A DNA stretch of 64,000 nucleotides. Source: Monocercomonoides exilis PA203 (Eukaryota > Protista > Preaxostyla). The DNA lies in NCBI GenBank assembly GCA_001643675.2, contig LSRY02000054.1, forward strand, positions 372,001 through 436,000. The letters are read 5' to 3'. This document shows, piece after piece, positions 62,125-64,000 of the stretch; position 1 is the stretch's first letter; every line of letters begins with the position of its first letter. Both the position numbers and the translations under genes were made by a program. The notes below the pieces were generated by a model. The model made no database searches. It had not been told where the DNA came from and saw nothing but the letters and a program-made list of their open reading frames with translations.

Positions 62125-64000
62125 ATGTCAGATATGGAAGAAAAAAAGACTATTGTTGTGCACAAAGGAAACTTTCATGCGGATGATGCCTTGTGTTGTG
62201 CAATGCTTCAATTACTTCCTGAGTTTGCTTTTGCTTTTTTATTTTTCAATGATTTGATTTGATATTTCAATTTCATGCATTAATCAAATAACTTTTCATT
62301 AATTCACTTTTTTGCCCCTGATATTTTCAATTGGGCATTTATATTTTTCTTCCTTTATCTTTGAAATTTTAATCATCTCGCACAATGCAGATATCATGAA
62401 GCAGAAATTATCAGAACGTATGAATTGTGTTTCTCTCTTGTTCATATGCATTTAAATGAGTTATTGAAAAATCTGGAATATTGACTTTTGTTTTTAAAAA
62501 AAAATATAATTTTTTTGAGAACTGATCCAGCGATTATAGAAAAGAGCACAATTGTGTGCGATGTCGGAGGCATATATGATGCTTCTATTTTAAGATTTGA
62601 TCACCATCAAAAGGGATATATGGAAATATTTGGAGGAAAAAGCGCTGGAATCAAGATGGCAGCATCTGGATTAATATACCGCCATTTTGGAAAGCGATTA
62701 CTCACGACTATATATCCAAATTTAGCAGAAGATGAATTTTCATTGGTATTTTAAGCTTTTAAGTTCTCTTTTAAAAAACAAATTGAAATACTTATATTTA
62801 TTTTTTTCTATATTAAAACAACCTAATCATATTTTTTTATTTCTGTTTTACTGCTGTTTAGAACATTGCTTATAATAAGTTATATTCACGTCTGATAAAA
62901 GAAGTGGACGCTGAAGATAATGGTTTGTATTGACTATGTGTTTTGAAGTGTTTCGTGAATAAGAAATCTCGAGGAATTTTAAGTATTTTTTGAGATTATC
63001 TCGTAAAATTTTTTTCAGATATTATTAAAATTTCAACTTTTTTTATTCTTTTTTATCAAAATTGCATCTTATGCATTTATGTTTCTGTTGATACTAATTT
63101 ATTATTATTATTTTATTATTATTTTATTTTTATTTTGACTTTTAATTTAAATTTTAATTTTTTACTCATTTCCCCATTCATTTTGAGGTATTGATCCATG
63201 GAGTGGTGTGGAAGGCTTCAAGCCGCTGTACTCGACCCACACGAATCTCGGTGCGCGTGTGGGCATGCTGAATGTGTGGTGGTGCGAAGACTACAGCCAG
63301 GAGAAAGAGAACACGCGGTTTATGGAGGCAGTGGAGATATGCCGCACGGAGCTGCTCAGCCAGATGAAGTGGGTGGTGGAGGTATGAGTATCCATACATA
63401 TATATATGAATATGTGAGGAGGAAGAGGAAAAGAAGAAGGAGAAAGGGGAAAGGGGAGGGAGAAGAGGGGGAAGAGAGGGAAATAGAAAGAAATGTGAGA
63501 GAAAGTTTATTGAAAATTAAAAAAAGATGTGTTATGAGAATGGTTATTGTGCTTTTGAGTTTGTTCTCGTTTTGTTATTCTTCTGTTTTTTATAGAAATC
63601 ATTTTTTTTTTATCATTAATTCCATTGCTATTATTATAATTCGTGAATTTAAAATCCATAAAGAACTTTTTGCCTGCACGTAAAATTGTACAAGAAGCTT
63701 ATGCAAAACGTGAGGGGCCAATTATGATCATTGAAGGGAAGTGTGGTCCTTGGAAGGAGGTTTGAAAGCAATAAAAGATAGAAAAAATATATTGGTTGCG
63801 AGTAAATAGAGAAAAGAAAGCAAATTATTAAGTTATATGAAGAGTGAGAAAGAAAGAGAAAGAAAGAAAGAGATATTTTCTCTAACATTTCTGAACTGGA
63901 TTGGATTTCTATTTTTTCTTTTTCTATCTCTTATTTATTTATTTATTTGTATGCTTCATTCAATTCTTCAAAATCACTTTGATTTTAAAAAATAATAATA
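62125..64000 (+). CDS. MYG1: MYG1 family exonuclease, multi-exon, continues beyond the window
   Basis: HKGNFHADDAL, EIIRT, IVCDVGGIYD...RFDHHQKG, ASGLIYRHFG, EVDAEDNG, LGARVGMLN, FLPARKIV, PWKE in successive exons. Confidence 0.92.

Overview
AT-rich eukaryotic DNA with short GT-AG introns and the standard genetic code. Gene families, intron style and DIRS elements suggest an oxymonad of the Monocercomonoides exilis type (inference). Conserved genes: AP-4 sigma, an Aa_trans amino-acid transporter, a dual-specificity (pseudo)phosphatase, MYG1 (runs off the window) and an F-box-like membrane protein. The rest is accessory: two giant convergent paralogous type-I receptors (Cys-rich GGA[I/L]-repeat ectodomain, one TM, truncated pseudokinase tail), a third surface protein, a decayed N-terminal fragment of the receptor family enclosed by inverted repeats, two decayed DIRS-type retrotransposons, a pogo-like transposase relic, two MITE/foldback elements and pseudogenes of an expanded helical family. 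Main observations: (1) the two receptors are patchwork mosaics at the scale of single repeats and carry different cytoplasmic tails on a shared ectodomain; (2) a TIR-bounded element carries a fragment of this family; (3) an intron in one paralogue is coding sequence in the other; (4) one in-frame TGA splits an otherwise intact ~2,900-codon ORF; (5) the left ITR of the larger DIRS is strongly AT-eroded while the right is not. All alignments were done by eye.
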